Shown here in pieces: positions 44,341 through 56,953 of a stretch of 64,000 bases of DNA. The position numbers and the translations under genes are program-made. The stretch covers positions 13,250,650-13,314,649 of the forward strand of contig NC_068988.1 in the NCBI RefSeq assembly GCF_001194135.2, read 5' to 3'. The notes beneath the pieces were generated by a model. The model saw only the letters and a list, made by a program, of their open reading frames with translations. It did no database searches and was not told the DNA's origin. This DNA comes from Octopus bimaculoides (taxonomy: Eukaryota). Numbering within the stretch: position 1 is the stretch's first letter; each line of letters opens with the position of its first letter.

Positions 44341-45567
44341 GCTCCATATGTTGTCTAAACCTGCTAGAAATGGAGCAAAATACTCCCCTAAATTACACCT
44401 TGCAGTCTTAAATAGAGAAACAACAAAAACATGGATAGTCACAGATGGAGTATCTCCAATCATTAGTTGTCTCTGCCAGAGTTAACCTAGACCTCAACAT
44501 TATCATCATTCTGTAAAACTTTTGATGAGTGGAATGTTGTTCCTATAAACAACAGTTGTAAAATTTTCAGTTATGCTGGATGTATAAATGTCTTCGAGAC
44601 ATGAGTCCTTGTCATTGTCATTTTTCCATGCTGGCATGGATTGGACAAGACTTTTTTAAAGCATTATTCTATGATTCCCTGGCCAAATGCCTTTCCAAAT
44701 GTTTTTCAAGTAAATTTTATTCTACATCTTTGAATTCCAATCCTCCTGCAGCTGAAGAGACCCTTTCTTCAGGAAAAAGTATTGGGCTAGACATCTCACC
44801 CCTATAAAAAATAATGGCACAAAAATTAATGGTAAAATACTTCATTTAGGCTTTGTGTCTGCAAGATATTTTGAGTATAGAATGGAATCTTATCTATTTA
44901 CAGAGCAAAATACTACCAAGGAAGAAATACCAACATTTTTATAAAAGTTTAAGTATATTATCCACAACTGATCTTAAAGCCAATGAGACAGCCTTTATGT
45001 CACCTCATGATCTGCTAGAAATAACAGCAGCAAATTTCTTACTTAAATTGCACTTCACTGTTTTAAATAAAGAAGGAATAAAAAAGTAAACAGTGACCAT
45101 TGAAGTAATCTTTGATCATGGGTCTTCTCAGATAGCTAAAATCAAGCTATGGAATATTGTTTTGTGATTCAAATCTTACCAAAGACAACCGAGTCATATC
45201 TTAGCAAGAGATTAACAAAATGACAGATCGACTCCAGGTATTGGATACCATATCAGTAAGATATTTTACATAAAGTCAAAGTAACTCATGTCATTTAAGC
45301 TGAACATTAAGACTATGTCCAACAGAAAAAATTCAAACAAATACATTTCATATTTGTGTGTCAAAGAGTTTGACTTATGGTTTCTTTTAATTCATTTGAT
45401 ACACACCCACCTAAAACTGCTCCTGGTTCTACAACACAAACTTCTTGTTTTAAAGCAATCTAAATTTTAAACCTTCCATCAAAATTTCAGGTTAATTTAT
45501 GTTCCAAATGCTAGCTTAATATGGCAGTTATTTTATCAAATTATTTATTACTTTCAAAATTAATTAA

Positions 45568-45807
45568 CCCTTTAACTGCAATCTTAAATTTTGTGGTTAT
45601 TGCAGTAATGATGTGAAATATCTACCAAAAAGAGAATTGGTATTTTCTGCAATTCACGTTGATTCAGTAAAATTAACATATCTTAACAGAAAATAATTTC
45701 AAATATGACTTTCCTCAACAAAAGATAATTGGTATATAAATCTACTTTCCACAATTAAGGATAATGAAATTTTGAGTGGAGATATCAAATTTCCGCAGGA
45801 AAATGGT
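45568..45807. mobile_element. piggyBac-like MITE family B nested in family A; partial inverted copy at 14022-14120
   Basis: TTAA (45564-67)-CCCTTT...AAATGGT-TTAA (45808-11); MITE A sequence resumes after it. Confidence 0.65.
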
Positions 45808-46019
45808 TTAAACAAAATCATTGCATTTGAATAGAAATATGGTAGCAACAGAGTCAAATATTCAGTCAGTTGCCTCTATATAGATAACCTTATTTTTTTA
45901 AAAAATATCTGTTTTAGCAAAGGAATTGGTATGCATTCAATGATGTAAAAATTTATATGTGCCAAGTGTGACAATGCAGTCAAGAGTCAACACATTTTTT
46001 GCTAGAACAATTGGGGAAG

Positions 46020-46925
46020 ATGACTCAAGTGATGGGTCAAAGTGTCAAGCATGCCCTCACCATCACCATCAACAACTACAAGCTGGAGGTAGTCCATCAA
46101 TTCACCTATCTTGGCTCTATTATCACTGATGACCACTGCCTGGACCCTGAGATCAGCAGACAAAGCAGACAAGCATCCTTCACATTTGCCAGGCTCACAA
46201 AGAGAGTCTGGGAAAACAACAAACTGGCTGCAAACACCAAAATTGTTGTCTATAAGGCGTGCATCCTTAGTATGCTACTTTATGGCAGTGAGACATGGAG
46301 TTCTGCTCTAGACAGGAGCAGTGTCTCAACATTTTTTGCCTTTGTAATTTGATACAGATCTTGGACATCAAGTGGACCGACCACATTGCCCAGAATAAAG
46401 TCCTCAACCAAGTCAAGATACCCAACATACACATCTTGCTCCAGCAACGATGTTTGCACTGGCTCAGTCCTGTTCATCATATGCCAAACGGAAGGATCCC
46501 AAAAGACCTCCTGTATGGGGAATTGGCTACCAGCACAAGAGCACGAGGATGGCCTCATCTTCATTTCAAAGAGATGGCCTCATCTTCGTTTCTGTAAGAG
46601 AAATATGAAGTTGCTTGATCTGGATGTCCTGAGATGGGAGGAGGTTGCAAATGATGGCCCACGCTGGAGGCAAATACTGCAAAAGGGAAAGAAGAGAGCA
46701 GAAGAAAAAGAGAGACTCACCATCAGAGAAAAGTGCACTCGACAGAAGGAAAAATCAGCAGCACTGGCAGAGAGCTCCTTCAAATACAGTTGGTGTATGT
46801 GTGATTGCCACTCTCGTGTGGGCCTGTACAGCCACAACAGACACTGCACCACCATCTGCAGCTGACACGATTTCTTTGGGCACAGATCCATGGCCTCCAA
46901 AGACCGACGGATGCCTACTACTACC
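46020..46925 (+). mobile_element. RTE-BovB-like LINE 3' fragment
   Basis: INNYKLEVVHQFTYLGS..FARLTKRVWENNKL..KIVVYKACILSMLLYGSETW..RIPKDLLYGEL..CDCHSRVGLYSHNRHC; frameshifts; (TAC)n-like tail. Confidence 0.9.
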
Positions 46926-47472
46926 TACTTATATATATATATATACATGCACACACAACACATATACACACAAACTCATATATACACATACATACATGCA
47001 TATACACAGCCATGAAGGTGAGCAGGGCTTCAGTGTGGGATCTCCAATTGTTGGTTCCAAAAGCTGAAATAATGGAAGGTGGGAGATTGGGAAAGATGGT
47101 GAAAGTTTGCATTAGATGGTGGAAGGGGTAGAAGTTATGAGAAGGCAGTGTAAGGGATGGAGGGTAGGGAATGTGACGTAAGAAGTGGGATGGGGGGACG
47201 GTAACGGAAGGAGTTGGAAGGTGTGGGAATAGCTGGATACAAGAAAAAGCAGGAAACATGTAGTTCCAAGAGAAAAATCTTAGCTTCTCCATAGCACTGC
47301 AAATTCACATGTTGTTAGTTCAAGTCTGAACATTACATGGTACACAAAGCATTCGAACAATAGCGATAATTAAGCAGATAGGAGGAAGAGAGAGAGAGAG
47401 AGAGAGAGACAGAAAGAGCGTGGGGGTAGAAGTTGCAGCACATGGTTTATAAAAAAACTAGAAAATAATTTT

Positions 47473-48354
47473 GGTGGACATTGGAATTAGACACTGAGGG
47501 AAAATGGCTGTAACTTTTTTATTTTTTAATTTTGGCGATTTTCGTTTTCGATAATTTTTGGNNNNNNNNNNNNNNNNNNNNNNNNNNNNNNNNNNNNNNN
47601 NNNNNNNNNNNNNNNNNNNNNNNNNNNNNNNNNNNNNNNNNNNNNNNNNNNNNNNNNNNNNNNNNNNNNNNNNNNNNNNNNNNNNNNNNNNNNNNNNNNN
47701 NNNNNNNNNNNNNNNNNNNNNNNNNNNNNNNNNNNNNNNNNNNNNNNNNNNNNNNNNNNNNNNNNNNNNNNNNNNNNNNNNNNNNNNNNNNNNNNNNNNN
47801 NNNNNNNNNNNNNNNNNNNNNNNNNNNNNNNNNNNNNNNNNNNNNNNNNNNNNNNNNNNNNNNNNNNNNNNNNNNNNNNNNNNNNNNNNNNNNNNNNNNN
47901 NCTAACCCTAACCCTAACCCCGTTTGCCAAAGCGCATTTTTTCCTTCATATTTATTTACATATAGTCCATCTGGACCAATGCAAGATTTGGATTGTCCGC
48001 GTTTAGCTGTTATTTCTAGCATATCAAGTTTCGTAGTGGGGACTCCACATATGATCCTTTTTCTGTTTCAATATAAATGTAAGCCGTTCATTTTCACATC
48101 TAAGTTGCGAGAAGGCTATTCGTACGACCTGAACATGTAGAACACAATGTCAAAAATGAAAATCACCAAAAAAAAAAAAAAAAAATCCCCCCACCCCGTG
48201 TGCGGGGGAAGGGAGGGGGTGGTCCAAAAATTTGTTTAGGGGGAATCGCATGACCGTGACATATAGAACACATTATCGAAAACGAAAATTGTCAAAATTA
48301 AAAAATAAAAAAGTTACAGCCATTTTCCGTCAGTGTCTAATTCCAATGTCCACC
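47473..48354. mobile_element. Young non-autonomous TIR DNA transposon (Merlin- or Mutator-like) containing CCCTAA repeats
   Basis: 83-bp TIRs (47473-47555 / 48272-48354) with 3 mismatches, starting GGTGGAC; flanks ataatttt / aaaatttt (candidate 8-bp TSD); CTAACCCTAACCCTAACCC at 47902-47920 next to a 340-N gap. Confidence 0.8.
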
Positions 48355-48620
48355 AAAATTTTTATATTTTTATATTTGTATTAATAAATACATATACTAA
48401 GCGCAAGAGTTGTTTAAATGAAACATTTCTCATAGCTTTCTTTGTCCCACTTCTTGTCTCTGTTTTGTTTTTTGTTGTTGTTTTTACCTTGTCATAATTA
48501 AACAAACGGTACCGCAGTTCAGCAAACACCGCTTGCAGCCGATTTCGTAGATTGTTTTGCAACATTACCGATAAAAGTATTATTAAAACATTAAAACGAA
48601 ATAAGTCTAAACTCAAGCCA
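48355..48620 (+). promoter_or_regulatory. Probable HYI promoter/5' UTR, CpG-enriched
   Basis: About 12 CpGs in 48505-48720 against a CpG-depleted background; lies between the TIR element and the ATG. Confidence 0.5.
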
Positions 48621-48818
48621 TGTCGAAACTGAAACTGGCCGCAAATTTGTCCATGCTTTTCACTGATTTACCCAATTTATCCGACCGTTTCTTGGCTGCC
48701 AAAGAAGCTGGTTTTCGATACACAGAATGTGCTTTTCCTTACAGCGAAGATATAAGTGTATTAAAAGCGGCGAAAGAAAAGTCTGGGGTTGAACACGTTC
48801 TTATCAACTCCTGGCCTG
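48620..48818 (+). CDS. HYI: Hydroxypyruvate isomerase, coding exon 1 (199 nt)
   Basis: MSKLKLAANLSMLFTDLPNLSDRFLAAKEAGFRYTECAFPYSEDISVLKAAKEKSGVEHVLINSWP(G) matches the HYI N-terminus (ANLS..F, A...GF..VE..PY, LIN.P.G); gccATG context; GTAAAT donor, phase 1. Confidence 0.95.
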
Positions 48819-50029
48819 GTAAATATTCAATTATTACATTTCTTTTTATATTTTAAGTTTATGGTATGGCTTTAGAAAACAAATAACTTTGTAATTTTTA
48901 AATGCATCATCATAAAAGGTATTTTATTTAATCATTTTTTATACCAAATCGCTCAAGACTGCCTCTGGTTCTATGATATAAAATGTTTCTTTTTAAAGTG
49001 AGCGAAGTTTAAACCTTCCATCAAAATTTAATGTTAAATTATGCCTCAAACTCTTGTATAATAATGACAAAGTTGTTTTACTAAATTCTTCATTATTAAA
49101 ATTCATTAACACAAAGTGCATTTCAATAGAAACAGTAACTGAAGGGGTTTTTTCTTTCAATTTCGATATTAATTTAGTCAGTAATATTTTAAAACAAAAA
49201 CCCGTGACTCTATAGAAAGTTATTAAATGTGATGTCAGTTACCATTTCTTTCATTAGTCAATTTCCATTTGGCTCTACTGTTTATTTTTCTCCTAATTTC
49301 TTAACTTAGCGAACACTTTGTGGTAAATTTTTACTTTTACCGAAGTTTTCTAGAAGTCTGTTTTAGCTGGTATACTTTACAATCGTATAGATGCGGGAGG
49401 GTGTTAAAAATATCTTTTAGAGGTCAACCCTCTAGATACGTTAACGTAGGTGTAGATAACGATTAAAAAATGTCATTAAAAATATGCATTTAACAGTCTG
49501 GTAAGAGGTGGGAGGAATATACCTTAAAAAATTGTTTTTCCATTTTCCTCCTACATAATCGTAAATCTATATTTAAAATTAGGCATATCTACACAAGTGT
49601 ACTCCCACCAACTTTGTTTCCTCATAACTTTCAGGAAAATGGATTTTAATATATCTATGGAAAATTTCTCAGTTAAAAATATACATTCTTTAGAAAGTTA
49701 TGAGAAGACATATCTATGCTTTTATTTCTCCTGTGATTTCAATAGAGTTCTTCCTCTGAATTCAGGGAAACAATTTCATCTGTTATACTTTTTAATGTTT
49801 TTTCTTTTCTTTTTGTTAAAACTTACATTAAAATAACTGATGGAAAAGAAGGGGGAAAATATTTACAAGGTGTGACAGAGAGAAAGAAAGGGGGAGGAGT
49901 AGTTGAAAGACAGCAATAAATGTCGGTGGGGAAAGAGAGAAAGAAAGAGTGTGTGTGATGGTCAGTGGTAAGAGAGGGAGTGATGGGAGTTAATGAACGA
50001 TGATCTGAGGGGATTTGGTGGAGAGAGAC

Positions 50030-50615
50030 ATGCTTCAGTGGATATATATTCCAGAGTGATAGTGTACTGAGAGAGAAGTTAGGCTTAAGAGGAATTAGAT
50101 GCAGTGTGTAAGAGAGAAGACTGCACTGGTTTGGTCATGTGATATGGATGGATGCCAACAGCTCCATAAAGAAGTGCCATTCATTCAAAGGGGATGGGAC
50201 TTGTGGAAAAGGGAGACCCAGGAAGATATGGGATGAAGTACTGAAGAACAACCTCAGGACGCTGAACCTTTCAGATGAGATGACAAGGGACCAAGATACC
50301 TGTCGCCTTGCTGTACTCAAGAAGACCCATCCTTCACGGCAGAAGTGTTAAGGTCACATCCCCTGGTGAAGATGACTGGCCTGCAGGAGTCCCGTGCTGG
50401 TGTCACATGTAAGCGCTTGTATGATGCCACGTTAAAAGCACCCAGCACACTGTAAAGTGGTTGGCATTAGGGAGAGCATCCAGCCTTAGAAACCACACCA
50501 AATCAGACTGGAAACTGGTGCAGCTTTCCAGCCTGCCAGCCCTGGTCAAACCGTCCAACCCATGCTAGCATAGAAACTGGACATTAAAGGAGGAGGATGT
50601 TGATGATGATGATGA
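50030..50615 (+). mobile_element. RTE LINE 3' end (ORF end plus 3' UTR plus (GAT)n)
   Basis: LREKLGLRGIRCSV*ERRLHWFGHVIWMD..GRPRKIWDEVLKNNLR, contiguous with the common RTE tail. Confidence 0.9.
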
Positions 50616-51105
50616 CTTTAGAACTAATGAGAACATTCATATTCATTTTTTTCTCTCTCATATTTGCATAGTTTAAATGTTTTACCAGAGCAATTATTTT
50701 TGTAGCTTAATGGGTTTATATATATTTTTTTACTGTTAACCATTCGGCTAAAGACAATAAAAGAAAAATATGATTGGCTACTGTAATTGGAGCAGACAGT
50801 TGTATATTACACAACCCTGTATTACGTGGTCAGTAATAAAGCACCTCATACCAGTTTTGCTTGTTTTCAGAAATATCTAAAAATCATTGGTGTCAATAAC
50901 TCCTCCCCACACCTCTGTGTTACATCACAAAAGAGTAAGACAACAACAAAAAATCTCATTCCTAAATAACTTCAGGAACCACTGAAAGATCAGACAGGCT
51001 TAGATATTTAGATGGAACTATTTTGGTTCTGCAGTTAATGCAGTTTTTAAAAAATTAAAAACAAGCTGCTTAAAGCAAAAACAGTCCTTTATAATAAGCA
51101 AGATG

Positions 51106-51204
<99 letters not shown>

Positions 51205-51255
51205 ATATGTTGAATGTATACACACTTATGCACACACACACACACACACTCATTT

Positions 51256-51639
51256 TGTTGGCACTCCATCGCTTACGACGACGAGGGTTCCAATTGATCC
51301 GATCAACGGAACAGCCTGCTCGTGAAATTAACGTGCAAGTGGGTGAGCACTCCACAGAGACGTGTAGCCTTAACGTAGTTCTCAGGGATATTCAGCGTGA
51401 CACAGAGAGTGACAAGGCTGTCCCTTTGAATTATAGGCACAACAGAAACAGGAAGTAAGAGTGAGAGAAAGTTGTGGTGAAAGAGTACTGCAGGGTTCGA
51501 TACCATCCCCTGCTGGAGCCACGTGGAGCTTTAGGTGTTTTCGCTCAATAAACACTCACAACGCCCGGTCTGGGAATCGAAACCGCGATCCTATGACTAC
51601 AAGTCCATTGCCTTAACCACTGGGCCATTGCGCCTCCAC
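51256..51639 (-). mobile_element. Full-length young tRNA-derived SINE
   Basis: A-box tggcccagtgg and B-box ggtttcgattccc; CpG-rich; TSD actcattt (51248-55) / acccattt (51640-47). Confidence 0.9.
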
Positions 51640-51661
51640 ACCCATTTACATACGTATATAA

Positions 51662-52070
51662 AGGTGCAGGTATGTTTGTATGGTTTAGATGCTTGATCCC
51701 TAACCATGTGGTTCAGTCCCACTGTGTGGCACCTTGGGTAAATGTCTTCCACTGTAGCCACAGGCTGACCCAAACCTTGTGAGTGAATTTGGTAGGTGGA
51801 AACTGAAAGAAGCCCATTGTATGTGCTTGTGTGTATACCCTTGTCTTGACATCATGTGATGGTTGTAAATGAGCATCACCATCATACAGATGATGATGTT
51901 AATTTCCAGTCTTCCATGAAAAACCTGTCTGGCCATAAGGAAGTATTAGCTTGCTTGGAAACAGGTGAGGTTTGGTGTGAAGAAGAGTATCTGGTCATAG
52001 AAAGTCTTCCTTGCGAATCCCATCTGACGAATACAAGCACGGAAAAGATGTTAAGATGATGTTGGTGATG
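51662..52070 (+). mobile_element. tRNA-derived SINE; + copies at ~30840, 55070, 58915; - copies at ~14130, 15465, 42410, 52500, 53230, 53430, 54490, 58135, 62420, 63390
   Basis: ggttcagtcccactgtgtggcaccttgggtaaatgtcttc..aaaccttgtgagtgaatttggtaggtggaaactgaaagaagccc motif. Confidence 0.85.
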
Positions 52071-52081
52071 GTGTGTATGTA

Positions 52082-52136
<55 letters not shown>

Positions 52137-52149
52137 CATCATCGTATAT

Positions 52150-52454
52150 ATATATGGTCTCATAGAGGTGATGGCAAATGATCAAGACCTTTGATGGTTT
52201 GCTGTGCTTGAGAAGACTTGTCAGGCCAAGTGAAATTGTAGTTGTGGACAGTGCCAGTGACACATAAAAGGCACCTGTGATGGTGACACATGAAAGACAC
52301 CCACTATACTCTTGGGGTGGTTGGTGATAGGAAGGGCATCCAGCTGTAGAAACCAAACCAAAATCAGACAGGAACCTGGTACAGCTCTCTGGCTTACCAG
52401 TTTCAGCCAAACCATCTAATCCATGCCTGCATGGAAAATGGGTGCTAAATGATG

Positions 52455-52460
<6 letters not shown>
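52150..52460 (+). mobile_element. RTE LINE 3' end
   Basis: ..gctgtgcttgagaagac ORF end followed by the RTE tail and (GAT)n. Confidence 0.8.
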
Positions 52461-52506
<46 letters not shown>

Positions 52507-53151
52507 GTTTCTTTCAATTTGTACCAAATCCACTCAAGGCTTTGGTCTGCCTGAGGCTGTACAAGACATTTGCTCAAAGTGCCTCACGGAGAGACTGAAC
52601 CTGAAGCTATGTAGTTATGAAGCAAACTTCTTAACCACACAGCGAAGCTTGTGCTGCTGTATATATTTTATACATCCCAAATAGATGAAAGATAAACCCA
52701 GTGCACTGCATCAATGCTGTGTTGCTTCTATTAGCTCCACTGCAACAATATCAGAAAAACTGGCATGACACAGCATGACTTTTGTCTGCATCTCATCATT
52801 GTGATAACAATTGTGAAATATATTTAGCTGCATAGTTTTTATACATCTCTCTGTGTCTCTTAGAGACATGGTAATTATGGCTTTGCAGCAAATTACATAA
52901 ATTCACATTGCTTCTGCTTCCATTTGGTAACTGATCTCTTGACAAACTTGAATTATTAGTTATAAATCCATATATGTATATATATATATCTCTGATTGAT
53001 AATCATCATCATCATTATATGTTTTTTACAACTATCACACTATGTCAAGACAAGGAGACATGTAAACACCCCATCCATCCCATATAATTGTCTGTCTATC
53101 CATTTATCTATCCACACACACGCATATATGTATGTATCTATGTATCTATGC

Positions 53152-53227
<76 letters not shown>

Positions 53228-53859
53228 TCATATGAGTTTCTTTCAGTTTCTGTCTATCAAATCTACTCACAAGGCATTTGTCAGCCCAAGGGCTATTGCA
53301 GAAGATGCTTGCCTAAGATGCTATGCAGTGGGGCCGAACTTGAAATGATATGGTAGGGAAGTAAAATAACCCATAGTCATGCTTATATCTGCCTGTCTTT
53401 ATTTATTATATATAAGGAATTTTGCTCTCCCAAATTCCATTTCCCAAGGCTGCAGTAGAAGATATTTGCTCAAGGTATCTTGCAGTGAGATCAAACCTGG
53501 AACCCTACATTTATGGATCAAACTTTGTAACTACACAGCCATGCTTTTGCTAAATGATTCATGCAAGTAACTGAATTTACAGAGACTTTCAAGCATAAGA
53601 TAATCATAAAAGAAACAGAAATTACTGTTGTTGGGAATGGCATTATTAATGAGTGGTTTCTATAAAGAAGAATTATGCCTGGTCTGTATTTTCTGTGATA
53701 TCTAAGTATGGAAGCAAGCTGTAGGTTTGTTTTTGTTTTATCTGCATCAGGTCCTGAGTAAATTTTCATTCTGCTGCTGGAAGTTGGTGCATTCAATTTA
53801 TTCAGTGTTATTCTCCATATTCATAGATTCAGTTGACCAGTTTTATTTATTTCATGCTA

Positions 53860-54120
53860 TGTGGCTAGGGTGTTGTGCTCATAATTGTAAGATCATGGTT
53901 TCAATTCCCAGGTGGTTCATCATGTTCTTGAGCAAAACACTTCATTTCATGTTGCTCTAGTCTACTCAGCAGAAAAAAAATAGTTCCAGCAATAGCTGGG
54001 GAGTTAACCCTGCATTGGACTTGCATCCTATTCAGGAGGAGTGTTGTAATCTCAGTCACTTATGCACCATGGAAACAGGATTAACCTCTTGTTTTATGTG
54101 TCCAACGGCTCTTGACAAAC
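53860..54120 (+). mobile_element. SINE (CORE-like middle plus accctgcattggacttgcatcc tail); related copy at ~62095-62330
   Basis: tRNA-like head ggtttcaattccc; ttgagcaaaacacttcatttcatgttgctctagtctactcagc middle. Confidence 0.7.
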
Positions 54121-54309
54121 CTAAGCCACTTAAGAAAAGATTATAACAGGGAACTACCATATGTATTTGTAGGTAATATTCACTTTTCTTCATGACAATC
54201 ATTGTGATTTTCACAATGTTAACTTTATAGCAAAAGCACTTTTATGGCCTCTACCTGTAAAGCTCAGAGGTCACATTTGAATTTAATTTAAGGTGCATGA
54301 ATTTTCTAT

Positions 54310-54480
54310 CTTGTGCTTGTTTCAGTCATTGGACTGCAGCCACCTTGAAGGGTTTAGTTGAACAAATTGACCCCACTACTTATTTTTAAAAATTCTGTTA
54401 CTTATTCTGTCAGTCTTTTTTGTTGAACTGCTTAATTACAGGGGATGTAAACAAACCAACACCAGTTGTCAAGTGGTGCT
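54310..54480 (-). mobile_element. SINE family 3' half; other copies at ~13355-13405, 57955-58110, 63215-63380
   Basis: Shared cttgtttcagtcattggactgc..gttgaacaaattgaccccagtacttat motif. Confidence 0.75.
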
Positions 54481-55206
54481 GGGAGAGCAAACACAAAGAC
54501 ACACATATGATGGGCTTCCACACAGTTTCCATCTACCAAATTAACTTACAAGGCTTTAATTGGCCTAAGGTTATAAGTAGCAAACACATGCCCAAGGTGC
54601 CACACAGTGGGGCTGTTCCCAAACCATGTGATCGCAAAGTGAACTTCTTAACCATATAGCCATGCTAGTGCCTAGCTTATTGTATTTTATACAGCAGTTA
54701 TAATAAATCTGACTAAACACGCTTTTTCTCATACATTGTAATACTAAAGAAATGTTAGTGTGTATTGTACACTAGCAATATTTCCTTTGACTTTTAGTAA
54801 CCAGTTTGTGCATTGAATATATAATGTAATCTTCAACAGCATATAACAAAAGCTGGATCTGTGAGTTGTCTCTCATCATGGCTGCTATGTGTTTGCCAGA
54901 GACTTGCTTGATTGTGTCTGACATGCTTTACACGACAAAAACAACTGCCATTTTTATAATGTCTTGTGATCTTTTGAATTTGCTTGCACACGTCATAAAT
55001 AACAAAGCTATTCACTTTTACATATTTTATTTCTTTTTATCTTTATTGTATCTTACCTTATTTAGAACCCAGGTGTGGCTTTGTAGTTAACAAGTTAGCT
55101 TCCCAACCACATGGTTTCAGGTTCAATCCCACTGCATGGCACCTTGGGCAAGTGTCTTCTAAGCAGAAACTGAAAGAAGCTTGTAATATATATATTGTAA
55201 TATATA

Positions 55207-55330
55207 TAAGAGCGTAGCTCGAAACGTTAAAGACTTTCCGTATTCCCGAGCGTCATACTAATACATCCTTTTGTTGTTTACACCACCTGTCCTCATCTGT
55301 TGTTGTTTTTTTCGTACATTCTCCCATATA
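55207..55330 (+). mobile_element. Penelope-type remnant with a truncated hammerhead core; second decayed copy at 55870-56040
   Basis: aagagcgtagctcgaaacgttaaagact..cccgagcgtcatactaataca versus tgaagagcacaggcttggaacatcaaagact..cctgagtgtcagactaataca. Confidence 0.55.
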
Positions 55331-55366
55331 TATATATATGTANNNNNNNNNNNNNNNNNNNNNNNN

Positions 55367-55400
<34 letters not shown>

Positions 55401-55405
<5 letters not shown>

Positions 55406-55835
55406 TGGGCAGGGCATGTTTGCAGGAATGAGGGCAGCAGGCTCCCAAAGGCAGTTTTCTATGCTGAACTGCATCAGGGCAGGAGGAATCAAGGTGGTCA
55501 GAGGTTGTGATACAGTGATGTGCTGAAGAGACCTATGAAGAACTCCGGTATCTCCCCAGATATCTGGGAGGAGAAGGATTTGTAGCACAATGAATGGTAC
55601 GAATCATTGAAGCTCGTAATTCCAGCCATTGAAGAGAAACAAGAGAGAGAATACAAAAGAGCACTGGCGGGGACAGGGGGCGTCACTTCTCCATTGCATC
55701 ACATGACCTCACTTGTAGCAGATGTCGCCACTGCAGCAGATCAAGAGCAGACCTTGTAGCCCACATGCGAGCCTGACAGAGATGATTACTGTACAAGAAC
55801 AGTCGATGTTGACCTACTAAGGACAGCCAATGATG
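55401..55835 (+). mobile_element. RTE-BovB-like LINE 3' fragment
   Basis: HWAGHVCRNEGSRLPKAVFYAELHQGRRNQGGQRL*YSDVLK. Confidence 0.8.
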
Positions 55836-56841
55836 AAACATATATATTCAACATGTGCAACCATTAATCGAGACACTTTTTTTTCCCTCTCTTCATCTGT
55901 TTTCTCTCCTAACCTCTTTTTGTTGAAGAGCACAGGCTTGGAACATCAAAGACTCTTCCATTTTTCCTGAGTGTCAGACTAATACACCTTATTTATTTTT
56001 CCCTCACTTGTCTCTGATTTTTGCTTTTTGTACAGATTTTAACCATATTTGTGTGTATATGTGAGAGAGAGAGAGTTTGTACCTAATTGTCTTGCATTGC
56101 ATAGTAGTTGTAAATGATTGTCACTGCCATACAAGCTGTGTCATTCATTTCCAATAATCCGCTAAAAAGGAAGTCTGGCCATGGGGAAATATTACCTTGC
56201 TTGGAAACAGGTGAAGGTTAGCAAGAGGAATGGTTTCCAGCTATAGAAAATCTGCCACAATGAATTCCGTTCAACCCATGCAGACATGGAAAAGTGGATA
56301 TTAAAACAAAGATGATGACAACAACACTATAAAATATGTCCAATAGTCCCACTGTGCTAACATTTCCTTGGAACTCACTACTGACCATGTTTCCAACAAT
56401 TTTTAACCATTTACTCAATCTTGCAATTTGCATCCATCCCTTTCGTAACCTTTTCTCCAGTGCAAAAAAAAAAACACTGCTGCTTGTTTATATTAACACT
56501 TTAACTGCCACGGCCTGTTACTAGAATTTATCAATGACACCATGTAATTTTGGTTGCACTGCATGCTGTTTAATTATAAGGAAGTGGGGTTTTTTGGTGG
56601 GGGTTGCATTTTTACAATATTTCATAATTAAGCTTTAATATTTAGCACTCAATTTATTTAAAAGTCCATGAAACCATGTCAAAGATACAAAATAAAATAT
56701 TTTCTCAAATTATGAGAATGCATCACCCATGGTGCATATGGTGGTTGTGTGAGGTTTGTGATGAACCAACGTGTTAACGTGTTAATTTAACCTATTAATT
56801 TCATTAGAATGAATATCTTAGGATTGGATGTTCTTGAACAG

Positions 56842-56953
56842 GTGATTTGGCCAATGGACAACTTGGTATAGCAGCATTGACAAATGAACGAAAGACATTC
56901 CATGATAAACTGGAACTTACCATTGAATATGCCAAGGCACTCGACTGCAAACG
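56842..56953 (+). CDS. HYI: HYI coding exon 2 (112 nt)
   Basis: gaacAG acceptor; (G)DLANGQLGIAALTNERKTFHDKLELTIEYAKALDCK(R), with the YAKAL.C motif; GTACAG donor, phase 2. Confidence 0.93.

Noticed and set aside
51560-51639. tRNA-like A/B boxes as a tRNA gene
   Set aside because: They continue into a SINE body with a TSD; no complete cloverleaf.
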